A stretch of DNA of 64,000 bases from a bacterium (GTDB lineage Bacteria; DUMJ01), in NCBI GenBank assembly GCA_012839925.1, contig DUMJ01000042.1, positions 31,441 through 95,440 on the forward strand. The letters run 5' to 3'. The notes beneath the pieces were generated by a model. That model did no database searches. It was not told where the DNA came from and worked only from the letters and a program-made list of their open reading frames with translations. Below are positions 1 to 9,243 of this stretch, in pieces; position 1 is the stretch's first letter; the number at the start of each line of letters is the position of its first letter. A program made the translations under genes and the position numbers.

Positions 1-580
1 GATGTGTATGTCCATGGAGATGGACTTTGGGTTTATATTTCAGGTCAAACTCTCTGAGTACTTTAAACCCCCTGTGAGCAAGGTCTTTTGATTCTTCACA
101 GATTCCCTGTTCATTTTCTGGACATCTCTTCCCAATACCTACCGGAGATTTACATCTTCCCTGAGATTCACCTACACACATAAGAGGTGGTGAATGAGTT
201 ACAAGTATATCTATTCCTCTATTCTTCCATATCTGAGGGGTAGCCCTTAATATTTTCCACCTCATCTCTCTCTCCGTATACTGAAGCATCTCCCCACCAT
301 AGTAGATAGAGCCTTCAAACCCCAAGAGTCTCAATCCCCGGTATGTAACGACTCTTCCCTCTATACTGGTACATCCTTCTGGGGGTCTCTGATTATATAT
401 AGTGTCATGGTTTCCTCTAATATAGAATAGCGGTCCTTTTAAAACTGTAACAAGGAAAGATAAAAATTCAGGGGGAAGGTCTCCACAGGATATAGTAAAA
501 TCTATATCCTTCCATCTATCCTCATCAAAAAACTCATGTAATATCGGTTCTTCGTGGTCACTCACTACCAATATTTTCAT
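1..580 (-). CDS. Calcineurin-like metallophosphoesterase (3' end runs off the window; not in the ORF track)
   Basis: Manual translation from ATG at 580: MKILVVSDHEE...SCGDL...RGNHD...VTHSPP...HLHGHTH, i.e. the D, GD, GNHD, H and GHxH motifs of the family. Confidence 0.85.
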   Translation of the reverse strand, partial: MKILVVSDHEEPILHEFFDEDRWKDIDFTISCGDLPPEFLSFLVTVLKGPLFYIRGNHDTIYNQRPPEGCTSIEGRVVTYRGLRLLGFEGSIYYGGEMLQYTEREMRWKILRATPQIWKNRGIDILVTHSPPLMCVGESQGRCKSPVGIGKRCPENEQGICEESKDLAHRGFKVLREFDLKYKPKVHLHGHTH

Positions 581-675
581 ATCAGTCCTGTTTATAATTT
601 TATCATAATTTACCTTTTCAAAATCATCTTTAAAGTTTTATAATAGGATAATCAAATATTGCTTTGGAGGGAAAG

Positions 676-1821
676 ATGACTAAAAGAGAAATGAATCTGA
701 GAATATTTCAAGGTAAAGATATACCATATCCTCTGTTTCAACCCAGAATAGAGTCTTGGTATAACTGGCACAGGCAGTTCAATGTGATGCCAGAGAGATA
801 CAAAGATTATTCACTCTTGGAACTGTATGATGAGCTCGATATCTCTATGAGATATATAGCTTATTATACTGAAATACCGAGTCCTGTTGGACTTAAGTAT
901 ACGGATAAGGTAAAGATAAATGAGAAAGAGGTGGATAGTGAATGTAGGCTTATAACTATAGATACTCCATATGGAGAGCTTACAAGAGAGATCAGATTGA
1001 CATCTGATAGAAACTGGAGGACTTCTAGATCTTGTATAAAGACCAGAGAGGATATTAAGAAGGCGACCTGGCTATTTAGAAATACAGAATTTTATTTTAT
1101 AGAGGAGAATTTTGATAAAGGGGATAAATTTATCGGAGATAGAGGGGAACCCCAATTCTTTCTTCCTAGAAGTCCATATCAGAGCCTTCATGTTGATAGT
1201 TCCTGGATGACACTGGAAGATTTAATCTATGCCATTACAGATCTTCCATCTGAGATAGAAGAACTTATGAATGCCATAGATGAATCTTACGACCGTCTAT
1301 ACGAAGAGATTATATCCTGCAGAGATAAGGTGAGGATAATCAACTTTGGAGAAAATATAGATGCATATCTCCTTTCCCTGAAGTATTTTGAAGAATATCT
1401 GGTACCTTTTTGGGAAAAGAGGTCTAATCAACTTAGAAGAGCTGGTATTTATACTCATATTCATATAGATGGTCATTTCAGACCAATATTAAAATATCTT
1501 AAAGACCTTCCCTTTGATGGATTAGAGGCTCTTACGCCTGAACCACAGGGAGATGTCCTCATAGAAGAGATGAAGGAGTATATTGGGGATAAGGTCCTAC
1601 TTGATGGTATTCCAGCGATTCTTTTTTTGCCGATATACTCCAGAGAAGAGCTTTATAGTTGCATGGAAAAGTTAATAAGGCTCTTCCATCCCAGATTAAT
1701 ACTTGGTATCTCTGATGAAATCCCCGAGGGGGTGGATGAAGAAGGGATAGAAAGAGTAAGGTGGATATCTGAATATTGCAAATCTTTCAAAACAGGGAAG
1801 GGGGATAGTTATGGATTATGA
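676..1821 (+). CDS. URO-D / MtaA-CmuA methyltransferase superfamily TIM-barrel protein
   Basis: C-terminal HIHIDG, GLEALTPEPQGD, LLDGIP, LILGISDEIP pattern; GGAGG RBS favours ATG at 676 over TTG at 664. Confidence 0.7.
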   Translation: MTKREMNLRIFQGKDIPYPLFQPRIESWYNWHRQFNVMPERYKDYSLLELYDELDISMRYIAYYTEIPSPVGLKYTDKVKINEKEVDSECRLITIDTPYGELTREIRLTSDRNWRTSRSCIKTREDIKKATWLFRNTEFYFIEENFDKGDKFIGDRGEPQFFLPRSPYQSLHVDSSWMTLEDLIYAITDLPSEIEELMNAIDESYDRLYEEIISCRDKVRIINFGENIDAYLLSLKYFEEYLVPFWEKRSNQLRRAGIYTHIHIDGHFRPILKYLKDLPFDGLEALTPEPQGDVLIEEMKEYIGDKVLLDGIPAILFLPIYSREELYSCMEKLIRLFHPRLILGISDEIPEGVDEEGIERVRWISEYCKSFKTGKGDSYGL

Positions 1822-2992
1822 TGTCGTGATAGTTGGTGGAGGTCCTATCGGATGTTTTGTGGGTGGAAATATATCTGAGAGGGGCTACAGTGTCCTTATT
1901 CTGGAAGAACATCCTGAGATAGGTGAGCCAACTCACTGTTCTGGTCTTGTTTCTAAAGACGTTATATCTTTAAGTGGTGTAGAAGAAGATGTGATTCTTA
2001 ACAGGATAGGAGGAGCCAATATATATGCCTTTGATGGGACAAAACTCTCTTTTTTAGGGGATGATACTTACGCCCTTGTTATAGATAGAGTCCTTTTCGA
2101 CAGGAAGATAGCAGAGAAGGCTGAAAAGAAGGGGGCGGAGATCCTAAAAGGTGCAAGAGCTGTAGGTGCCGAAAGAGAAGATAATAAAATAATTGTAAAG
2201 TACACTAAGGACAAGGAAGAATTCCATATAAGGTCCTCCATCCTTATAGGTGCCGATGGTGCATACTCCAGTGTTGCAAGATGGTTTGGTCTTCCTTTCC
2301 CTTCTGAAATTATATATGGGTTTCAGGTGGAGGGAGAGCTGTCCTGTAATAATTTGGCGCAGGTCAATGTTATGATTGACAACGAGACATCTCCGGGATG
2401 GTTTTCCTGGATTATTCCTGTCAAGGAAAACTATGCGAGGATTGGACTCGGGATAAATGTAAGAGAAAACCCTAGAAAATATCTAGATAAACTGTGCAAA
2501 AAATGGGAATTACTCAATACTTTCAGCGAAGATAATATAAAGAAGGTTATGGGCGGTTTGATACCTCTAGGACTTATAGGGAGAAGTTATACAGATAATG
2601 TGATACTTGTCGGTGATGCTGCTGCACAGTTGAAACCTCTCTCTGGAGGTGGATTATATCTTGGACTGCTTGCTGGTGAGATATGTAGCGATGTGGTTTT
2701 AGATGGGCTGGAAAAGAAAGATTTTTCCAGCTCTATGTTATCCAAATATCATAAGCTGTGGATGAAATCAGTGGGTAAAGAGATAAGATTAGGGCTAAGG
2801 TTAAGGAGAATATTTTTGGGACTCTCAGATGAAGAAAAGGCTGAGTTACTGGAGATACTTGATAATCAAGAGGCTAAATCCATAATACTCTCAGCAGGAC
2901 ATATAGACCATCCCTGGAAGGTAGCATATAAACTTATGACTCATATCAAAGCTCCTCTGATGGTCCGTATGTTAAAATTGGCTTTTAGTTAG
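1811..2992 (+). CDS. Geranylgeranyl reductase family FAD-dependent oxidoreductase
   Basis: GGGPIG Rossmann motif, HCSG, DR..FD, GADG, PGWFSWIIP, VGDAA..KPLSGGG. Confidence 0.8.
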   Translation: MDYDVVIVGGGPIGCFVGGNISERGYSVLILEEHPEIGEPTHCSGLVSKDVISLSGVEEDVILNRIGGANIYAFDGTKLSFLGDDTYALVIDRVLFDRKIAEKAEKKGAEILKGARAVGAEREDNKIIVKYTKDKEEFHIRSSILIGADGAYSSVARWFGLPFPSEIIYGFQVEGELSCNNLAQVNVMIDNETSPGWFSWIIPVKENYARIGLGINVRENPRKYLDKLCKKWELLNTFSEDNIKKVMGGLIPLGLIGRSYTDNVILVGDAAAQLKPLSGGGLYLGLLAGEICSDVVLDGLEKKDFSSSMLSKYHKLWMKSVGKEIRLGLRLRRIFLGLSDEEKAELLEILDNQEAKSIILSAGHIDHPWKVAYKLMTHIKAPLMVRMLKLAFS

Positions 2993-2994
2993 AG

Positions 2995-4479
2995 GTGGTT
3001 CAGATGATACTGGCGAATTCAGAACTTATGAGATTGTCTGAGTCAAGGGTAATGGAGATATTTAATGTCGATGAAGAATTATTGATGGAAATAGTGGCGG
3101 TAAAGGTTGCCGATAGAATATTAAAGATTACAGGAAACGTAAAAGATAAGCATTTTTTGGTCTTTGCCGGAAGGGGTAAAAATGGTGGTGATGCTATAGC
3201 TATAGCCAGACACCTCATTCTTCAGGGGGCAAGGATATCTGCCTTTCTGATAGATGATGGGGGAGGGTCTTTTTCTCCTCTTTTACGACTTCAAATTGAT
3301 AGATTAAAGAAGATAGCTCCTGACTCCATGAGGGATTTTAATTTTCAGGAGATAAGAGGTGATTTTGTTATTGATGGACTCTTTGGGACAGGTTTTAAAG
3401 GGGAGATGAGAGAACCTTACAATTCTGTCGTCAGATATATTAATAATTTAAATATTCCGATTATATCTATAGATGTTCCTTCTGGACTGGATGCAAGTAC
3501 TGGAAGAGTTTCCAGTAACTGTATTCATGCTAATTATACATTTACACTGGGGTTAGCCAAGTTGGGGCTATTTATATACCCTGGTGCAGGGTATGGCGGT
3601 GAGATAAGCCTTATAGACCTGGGATTTCCTTTAGACAGGTACACAGATTCATCCTTTAATCTTATAGATGAATCTGTGGTTAAAGGTGTTATTACCCGGA
3701 GAAACCCCGATACTCATAAAGGAACTTATGGAAGGGTTGGAATAGTTGCCGGGTCTTACAACTACCCTGGTGCCTCTGTGCTGGTTACAAAAGGTGCCCT
3801 TGCCAGCGGGACAGGGCTTGTAACCCTGTTTATCAGTTCCAATATGTTCCCCATGATTCACTCTATAGACCCGGAGGTAACATTCTATCCGAGAGAGAAT
3901 TTCAAAGAGCTTTTCCCTGTCCTGTCATCTATAGTGGTAGGACCAGGACTTGGTAAAGTAGAGCCTTCTTTCCTAGAAGATATAATTACCTCCAGTACAG
4001 TCCCGGTATTACTGGATGCAGATGGGCTTAACAGTATAGCAGGGTCTCTTGATATACTTAAATCTTCTAATATCCCAATTGTGATAACCCCCCATCCCGG
4101 AGAGATGTCCAGACTTATTGGTAAGAGTGTAAGTTTTGTACAGGATAACAGGATAGATGTAGCATCAGATTTTAGTAGAGAATATGGGGTTATCACGATC
4201 TTAAAAGGAGCTAGAACTGTTATCGCTTCTCCATCTGGTGAGATATATATAAATCCGACAGGTAATCCATCTATGGCTACTGGCGGTATGGGGGATGTCC
4301 TCAGTGGACTTATAGGAGGTTTTATTGCCAGAGGATTATCTCCTGTATCTGCCAGCATCTTAGGGGTATATATACATGGGTTAGCTGGAGATGTTATAAG
4401 TAGAGAGAAAGAGAGGGTACTGGCTCAAGAAGTAGCCAGTGAAATTCCCAGATTACTTGGATCTATAGTGAGCGACTAG
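2995..4479 (+). CDS. nnr: Bifunctional NAD(P)H-hydrate epimerase/dehydratase
   Basis: N-terminal YjeF_N (GKNGGD, DGLFGTG, DVPSG) plus C-terminal dehydratase (HKGTYG, DADGLN, TPHPGE, GGMGDVLSG). Confidence 0.92.
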   Translation: MVQMILANSELMRLSESRVMEIFNVDEELLMEIVAVKVADRILKITGNVKDKHFLVFAGRGKNGGDAIAIARHLILQGARISAFLIDDGGGSFSPLLRLQIDRLKKIAPDSMRDFNFQEIRGDFVIDGLFGTGFKGEMREPYNSVVRYINNLNIPIISIDVPSGLDASTGRVSSNCIHANYTFTLGLAKLGLFIYPGAGYGGEISLIDLGFPLDRYTDSSFNLIDESVVKGVITRRNPDTHKGTYGRVGIVAGSYNYPGASVLVTKGALASGTGLVTLFISSNMFPMIHSIDPEVTFYPRENFKELFPVLSSIVVGPGLGKVEPSFLEDIITSSTVPVLLDADGLNSIAGSLDILKSSNIPIVITPHPGEMSRLIGKSVSFVQDNRIDVASDFSREYGVITILKGARTVIASPSGEIYINPTGNPSMATGGMGDVLSGLIGGFIARGLSPVSASILGVYIHGLAGDVISREKERVLAQEVASEIPRLLGSIVSD

Positions 4480-5100
4480 GATAACTCCATCTGAAACCTC
4501 TATACGGCAGGGAGATTTCTCTATCTCGTTACTTATCGTAAGGCTATTTTCCCAGTAAATCTCTGCCTCCTTCAGGGGATATTTAAGGTTGTAAGTAGTA
4601 ACACCTGAGACCTTATCGGTCAATGGTATAATGGAGATTGTCTCACTGATCTCTCCCTCTATCTCTATACTGTCTCTAAATACATATCCATCCGCTTTTA
4701 CTCCTATAGATATCTTTACCAAGTCTAGCCGTCTCTCTCTTACATATCTTCTTATTATACCGAAAGCAGATAATGTGTGGTCTATTCTTGTCCCAACTAT
4801 CCCATATATTGAAACATCTCTTATACCAGCTCTTTCAATCTCTTCTATTGCCAGATGAAAGTCTGTTTTGTCCTTGTTCCTCGGATACAGTCTGGATGGT
4901 ATATCTAGAGTTTTATAGTACTCTAAGACCTTATTATCGACTGAGTCCATATCCCCTATTATTAAATCAGGTATGATATCTGACTGGTAAGCGTAGTTAG
5001 TCCCACCGTCTATACATATAATGAACCTGTCCTCTTTTACCTCTCTTATCAGAGAGTCCCTATCAAATAGTTCACCATTAGCTATGAGTATCCCCTTCAT
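4453..5100 (-). CDS. thiN: Thiamine diphosphokinase
   Basis: DGG, GDMDS, KDKTD, GTRIDH, LKYPL, ISNE motifs; downstream of thiT and a TPP riboswitch. Confidence 0.92.
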   Translation of the reverse strand: MKGILIANGELFDRDSLIREVKEDRFIICIDGGTNYAYQSDIIPDLIIGDMDSVDNKVLEYYKTLDIPSRLYPRNKDKTDFHLAIEEIERAGIRDVSIYGIVGTRIDHTLSAFGIIRRYVRERRLDLVKISIGVKADGYVFRDSIEIEGEISETISIIPLTDKVSGVTTYNLKYPLKEAEIYWENSLTISNEIEKSPCRIEVSDGVILVAHYRSK

Positions 5101-5600
5101 CTCTTTGGAAGCCTTGGGAGTATGATGATTGTTATAACTAATGCCAGGATCGCATCAGGAAGAATTACCGATGCATTATATGTAATCGAGTAGATCCAGG
5201 GATTTATACCCTGTGGTGCATATGATGAAAAGTATACAACCCCTGAGATTATATGACTTAAAAGTCTCCCAATCATTCCCAGGATTATTCCCAGTACAGG
5301 TATATTAGGTACCATTCCTGAAAGCCCCAACAGAGAGAATGCTAGTGGATAATCTAATATAAACTGTATCGGATGGACAAAGAATGGTTCTATCAGATAT
5401 ACAAGAAGACCAAAGACTCCACCGGCAAGCATACCCGTTTTTGGTCCTCTTCTGATTGACAGTATAAATATAGGGACAAGACTTCCCGGGGTAATACGTC
5501 CCCCCTGTGGTAACTGATATAAGGGTATCATATGGAGTACAATCCCCAGAGCTAAAGTCAACCCTATCTCTGCTATCAATCTTGCATTGAGCCTGTTCAT
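5097..5600 (-). CDS. thiT: ECF-type thiamine transporter S-component ThiT
   Basis: LPQGGxI, HPIQFILDYPLAF, H.ISGVV.F..YAP.G..PW.YS..YN motifs; TPP riboswitch upstream. Confidence 0.92.
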   Translation of the reverse strand: MNRLNARLIAEIGLTLALGIVLHMIPLYQLPQGGRITPGSLVPIFILSIRRGPKTGMLAGGVFGLLVYLIEPFFVHPIQFILDYPLAFSLLGLSGMVPNIPVLGIILGMIGRLLSHIISGVVYFSSYAPQGINPWIYSITYNASVILPDAILALVITIIILPRLPKR

Positions 5601-5620
5601 ACCGCATCTACCTCCTTATT

Positions 5621-5661
5621 AAAAGATAAAGGGCTGTAAGCGTGAGAGCCTACAGCCCTTT
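5621..5661 (-). terminator. Intrinsic terminator (expression platform of the TPP riboswitch)
   Basis: Minus strand AAAGGGCTGTA...TACAGCCCTTT stem followed by ATCTTTT, between aptamer and thiT RBS. Confidence 0.8.
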
Positions 5662-5671
5662 GAATTTCCGC

Positions 5672-5770
5672 TATGGCTCCCTACGCTGGCATTACCCAGT
5701 TCAGGTTCGGAGGGTCGAAGGGTTAACCCCTTCCTCTCAGCCTCAAATATAAAGGCTCCCCTGCCTGGTT
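5672..5770 (-). ncRNA. TPP riboswitch (THI-box)
   Basis: Minus strand GGGGAGCC...GGCTGAGAGG...GACCCTCCGAACCTGAACTGGGTAATGCCAGCGTAGGGAG matches the TPP aptamer core; precedes thiT-thiN. Confidence 0.95.
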
Positions 5771-5772
5771 AT

Positions 5773-5823
5773 ATTATATATTATGTTTGAGGCTATTGCA
5801 ATATTAAAATTTTTTGATAAAAT
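5773..5823. promoter_or_regulatory. Overlapping divergent sigma70-type promoters sharing palindromic -35 TTGCAA (5796-5801)
   Basis: Minus: TTGCAA-17 bp-TATAAT (5773-5778) before the riboswitch; plus: TTGCAA-16 bp-TAAAAT (5818-5823) with TGn extension before tRNA-Lys. Confidence 0.6.
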
Positions 5824-5835
5824 AATATATGTTAC

Positions 5836-5911
5836 GGGTCGTTAGCTCAGTTGGTAGAGCACCTGACTCTTAATCAGGCTGTCGCGGGTTCGAGCCCTGC
5901 ACGACCCACCA
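5836..5911 (+). tRNA. tRNA-Lys(CTT)
   Basis: Cloverleaf GGGTCGT...ACGACCCA-CCA, anticodon loop CT-CTT-AA, TTCGA T-loop. Confidence 0.97.
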
Positions 5912-5920
5912 CTTAGTAGA

Positions 5921-6006
5921 GCGAGGGTGGCGGAACTGGCAGACGCGCTAGACTTAGGATCTAGTGGTTAACACCCATGCGGGTTCAAATCCCGCTCCTC
6001 GCACCA
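5921..6006 (+). tRNA. tRNA-Leu(TAG)
   Basis: GCGAGG...CCTCGCA-CCA, anticodon arm CTAGA CT-TAG-GA TCTAG, long variable arm. Confidence 0.97.
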
Positions 6007-6018
6007 GTAGATAGAGAT

Positions 6019-6093
6019 GCGGAAGTGGCTCAGCGGTAGAGCATCTCCTTGCCAAGGAGAGGGTCGCGGGTTCAAATCCCGTCTTCCGCTCCA
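6019..6093 (+). tRNA. tRNA-Gly(GCC)
   Basis: GCGGAAG...CTTCCGCT-CCA, anticodon arm TCTCC TT-GCC-AA GGAGA. Confidence 0.97.
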
Positions 6094-6107
6094 TATAGAA
6101 GATTATT

Positions 6108-6138
6108 CTCGATAGCGTATGCTATCGAGTTATTTTTT
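6108..6138 (+). terminator. Intrinsic terminator-like hairpin after the tRNA cluster
   Basis: CTCGATAGC-GTAT-GCTATCGAG followed by TTATTTTTT. Confidence 0.7.
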
Positions 6139-6160
6139 ATTAATATTTATGGAGGTATTG

Positions 6161-7378
6161 ATGGAAAAAGAAATTGTTCATAATGGCAGTAGGGTTCAAG
6201 GAAAGATATCATACGATCAATCCGAAGTAACAAAAGCTATAGGGGAAGAATTAAGATTAAGAGCATCCAGCGTTGTGGTCCCTGGCTTCAGAAAAGGTAA
6301 GGCTCCTCTCAAGTTAGTAGAAAACTTTATCGGCAGGGAGACTATTGTAGATAGAGCAATTGATAGACTTGTAAATACTGGAATTGAGGATTTTATAAAA
6401 GAGTATGAGATAGTCCCTCTGGAGATTAGAGATATTGATATAGTGGAGAGAGGAGAGGGGAAACCTCTTGTTTTTACATTTGAGATAGACACTTATCCCA
6501 GAGTAGAGGTCGAAAATTATAGAGAATTGATCTCTGACCTTGTTTGGGAAGAGCCTGTTGTTACTGAAGAAGATGTGGATAATTTTATAGAGAATATAAG
6601 GAAGAGGATGGGAGTATGGAGGGATGTAGAGGATAGAAAGATTGTAGAGAATGGGGATTACGTCCTGATAGATATTAAAGACGACCCATCAAAGCTTGAT
6701 GAAAGTATAGAAACAGGCTCTATTATAAAGATTGGAGAAGGGCTCATCTCACCTGGAGATGATGAGTCTCTTGTTGGGAAAGGGGTTGGAGAATCGGTAG
6801 AGATAAAGACCAGATTTCCTGAGGATTACAGGGAGGAATCTTTAAGAGGTAGAGAAATAACTCTGTATGTCCTTATAAAGGGGATTAAAATATTAGAGCT
6901 ACCTCCAGTAGACGAGGAGTTTGCCAGGAAATTTAACTATCAGACGGTAGAGGAGATGAGGGAAGGATTCAAAAAGAGCATATATAGGGAGAGACTGGCC
7001 CAGAAAGAACAGGAACTGTCACAGTCTATAAGAGATCGTCTTGCTCAGGCAGTTACTGTGGAGATTCCGGAGATAATGGTAAGAGATCAGCTTGAAAGCT
7101 GGAAGAGGATGCTATATCAGAACAGAGAAGCGCCAGAAGATTTTGATGAAAAGAACTATGATTATGCCTCAGATCATATAAAGTCTACCCTGGCTCTCCG
7201 TTATATAGCGGAGAAAGAGTCTATTGAACCTACTGAAGAGGAGGTAAATAGAATTATCAGTTCCTGGAGAGTTAAGAATATTACTGAAGATGTCAGACGT
7301 AGTGCTAATAGTATAGCCAAGGAAGACAAAACCTTGAATTTTTTGATAGAATTAATAAAAGGAGAGAGAACAAAGTGA
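6161..7378 (+). CDS. tig: Trigger factor
   Basis: PGFRKGKAP ribosome-binding motif; canonical tig-clpP-clpX-lon order; GGAGGT RBS favours ATG at 6161. Confidence 0.93.
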   Translation: MEKEIVHNGSRVQGKISYDQSEVTKAIGEELRLRASSVVVPGFRKGKAPLKLVENFIGRETIVDRAIDRLVNTGIEDFIKEYEIVPLEIRDIDIVERGEGKPLVFTFEIDTYPRVEVENYRELISDLVWEEPVVTEEDVDNFIENIRKRMGVWRDVEDRKIVENGDYVLIDIKDDPSKLDESIETGSIIKIGEGLISPGDDESLVGKGVGESVEIKTRFPEDYREESLRGREITLYVLIKGIKILELPPVDEEFARKFNYQTVEEMREGFKKSIYRERLAQKEQELSQSIRDRLAQAVTVEIPEIMVRDQLESWKRMLYQNREAPEDFDEKNYDYASDHIKSTLALRYIAEKESIEPTEEEVNRIISSWRVKNITEDVRRSANSIAKEDKTLNFLIELIKGERTK

Positions 7379-7974
7379 TGGGAGACTATCTTGTTCCAAT
7401 AGTAATAGAACAGACAAGTAGAGGAGAAAGAGCCTATGATATATACTCCAGGCTCTTAAAAGAGAGGATTATCTTTATTGGTGGTCCGATAGAGGATGAG
7501 ATTGCCAATCTGGTGATGGCTCAGCTTTTATTCTTAGAAGGAGAAAGTCCTGAGAAGGATATCTTTATATACATAAATACGCCCGGTGGATCAATCACTG
7601 CTGGGATGGCTATCTATGATACGATGCAGTATATAAAGCCAGAGATAAGTACTATATGCATAGGTCAAGCTGCCAGTATGGGTGCTGTTCTTCTGGCTGC
7701 TGGCGCTAAGGGTAAGAGATATGCCCTTCCTCACAGCAGGATAATGATTCATCAGCCAGCAATTTACGGTGGTTTACAGGGTCCGGCAACAGATATAGAT
7801 ATTCAGACAAAAGAACTCCTGAGATTGAAGAGAATAGTGAATGAAATACTTGCCAAACATACCTCTCAGCCTCTGGAAAAGGTGGAGAGAGATACCGATA
7901 GAGACTTTTTTATGAGTGCTCAGGAAGCTAAGGAGTATGGAATAATAGATGAAATAATAGAAAAGAGAATTTAG
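7375..7974 (+). CDS. clpP: ATP-dependent Clp protease proteolytic subunit
   Basis: [21 protein letters not shown] (catalytic Ser), IMIHQP, DRD. Confidence 0.98.
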   Translation: MMGDYLVPIVIEQTSRGERAYDIYSRLLKERIIFIGGPIEDEIANLVMAQLLFLEGESPEKDIFIYINTPGGSITAGMAIYDTMQYIKPEISTICIGQAASMGAVLLAAGAKGKRYALPHSRIMIHQPAIYGGLQGPATDIDIQTKELLRLKRIVNEILAKHTSQPLEKVERDTDRDFFMSAQEAKEYGIIDEIIEKRI

Positions 7975-7983
7975 AGGTGATAT

Positions 7984-9243
7984 ATGAAGACCAGGGATAC
8001 TCTTAGATGTTCATTTTGTGGTAAGAGTCAGGATGAGGTGAAGAAACTTATAGCTGGTCCTGGTGTTTACATCTGTGATCAGTGTGTAAGGATATGCGCA
8101 GAGATATTGGATGAAGAGGATATATCGCCTAAAAGTACCCCAGATAAACTGACCTGGGATAAGATACCCAAGCCACATGAGATATACGATAAACTTAATG
8201 AGTATGTTATCGGACAGGAAAAGACCAAGAAGATCCTCTCTGTTGCAGTTTATAACCACTATAAGAGGATATTAGCTCCGTCCGATGATAAGGATGATGT
8301 GGAGATAGGTAAGAGTAATATACTTCTGATAGGACCCACCGGTTCAGGTAAAACACTTATGGCTCAGGTTCTGGCTAAGACGCTTGATGTCCCGTTTACC
8401 ATAGCAGATGCTACAACACTGACAGAGGCTGGTTACGTCGGAGAAGATGTAGAGAATATACTTCTCAGACTTATCCAGGTTGCTAATTATGATATAAAGA
8501 GGGCAGAGAAGGGAATAGTATATATAGACGAGATCGATAAGATTGGACGCAAATCTGAGAACCCTTCTATTACCAGAGATGTTTCCGGTGAAGGGGTTCA
8601 GCAGGCGCTCTTAAAGATACTGGAGGGGACAATAGCCAACGTTCCCCCTCAAGGTGGAAGAAAACATCCCCATCAGGAATTCATTCAGATAGATACCACT
8701 AATATTCTGTTTATATGTGGTGGTTCTTTTGAAGGATTGGAGAAGATAGTAGCTTCCAGAATTAAGAAGAAGTCTATAGGGTTTACAGGTGAACTGGTAT
8801 CTGGTGAGGATGTTTATGATGTGCTGTCATACGTATTACCAGAAGACCTCATTAAATTTGGACTTATCCCTGAACTTGTAGGGAGATTACCGGTGGTTTC
8901 AACGCTTCAGAATTTGACCAGGGAAGAACTGATGAGAATACTGGTTGAACCTAAAGATGCTATACTGAGGCAGTATCAGAGATTACTGGCATTGGATGGG
9001 GTAGAACTGATCTTTACCCCAGATGTTCTCTCTGCTGTAGCTGAGGAAGCTATAAAACAGGGGACTGGTGCCAGAGGTCTTAGAAGCATAATAGAAAAGA
9101 TTATGCTGGATGTGATGTATGAGGTCCCTAAAAGACCAGATATCGTTAGATGCGTAATAGATGCAAGTGTTATAAGAGGAGAAGGCAATCCCGTGCTTTT
9201 GACCCAGAAGGAAGTAGAAAGGTTGGCTAGAGAAAGTGCCTAG
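7984..9243 (+). CDS. clpX: ATP-dependent Clp protease ATP-binding subunit ClpX
   Basis: CSFC...CDQC zinc-binding domain, [26 protein letters not shown] loop. Confidence 0.98.
   Translation: MKTRDTLRCSFCGKSQDEVKKLIAGPGVYICDQCVRICAEILDEEDISPKSTPDKLTWDKIPKPHEIYDKLNEYVIGQEKTKKILSVAVYNHYKRILAPSDDKDDVEIGKSNILLIGPTGSGKTLMAQVLAKTLDVPFTIADATTLTEAGYVGEDVENILLRLIQVANYDIKRAEKGIVYIDEIDKIGRKSENPSITRDVSGEGVQQALLKILEGTIANVPPQGGRKHPHQEFIQIDTTNILFICGGSFEGLEKIVASRIKKKSIGFTGELVSGEDVYDVLSYVLPEDLIKFGLIPELVGRLPVVSTLQNLTREELMRILVEPKDAILRQYQRLLALDGVELIFTPDVLSAVAEEAIKQGTGARGLRSIIEKIMLDVMYEVPKRPDIVRCVIDASVIRGEGNPVLLTQKEVERLARESA

Noticed and set aside
4453-4479. Convergent overlap of nnr and thiN
   Set aside because: 27-bp tail overlap is ordinary in compact genomes
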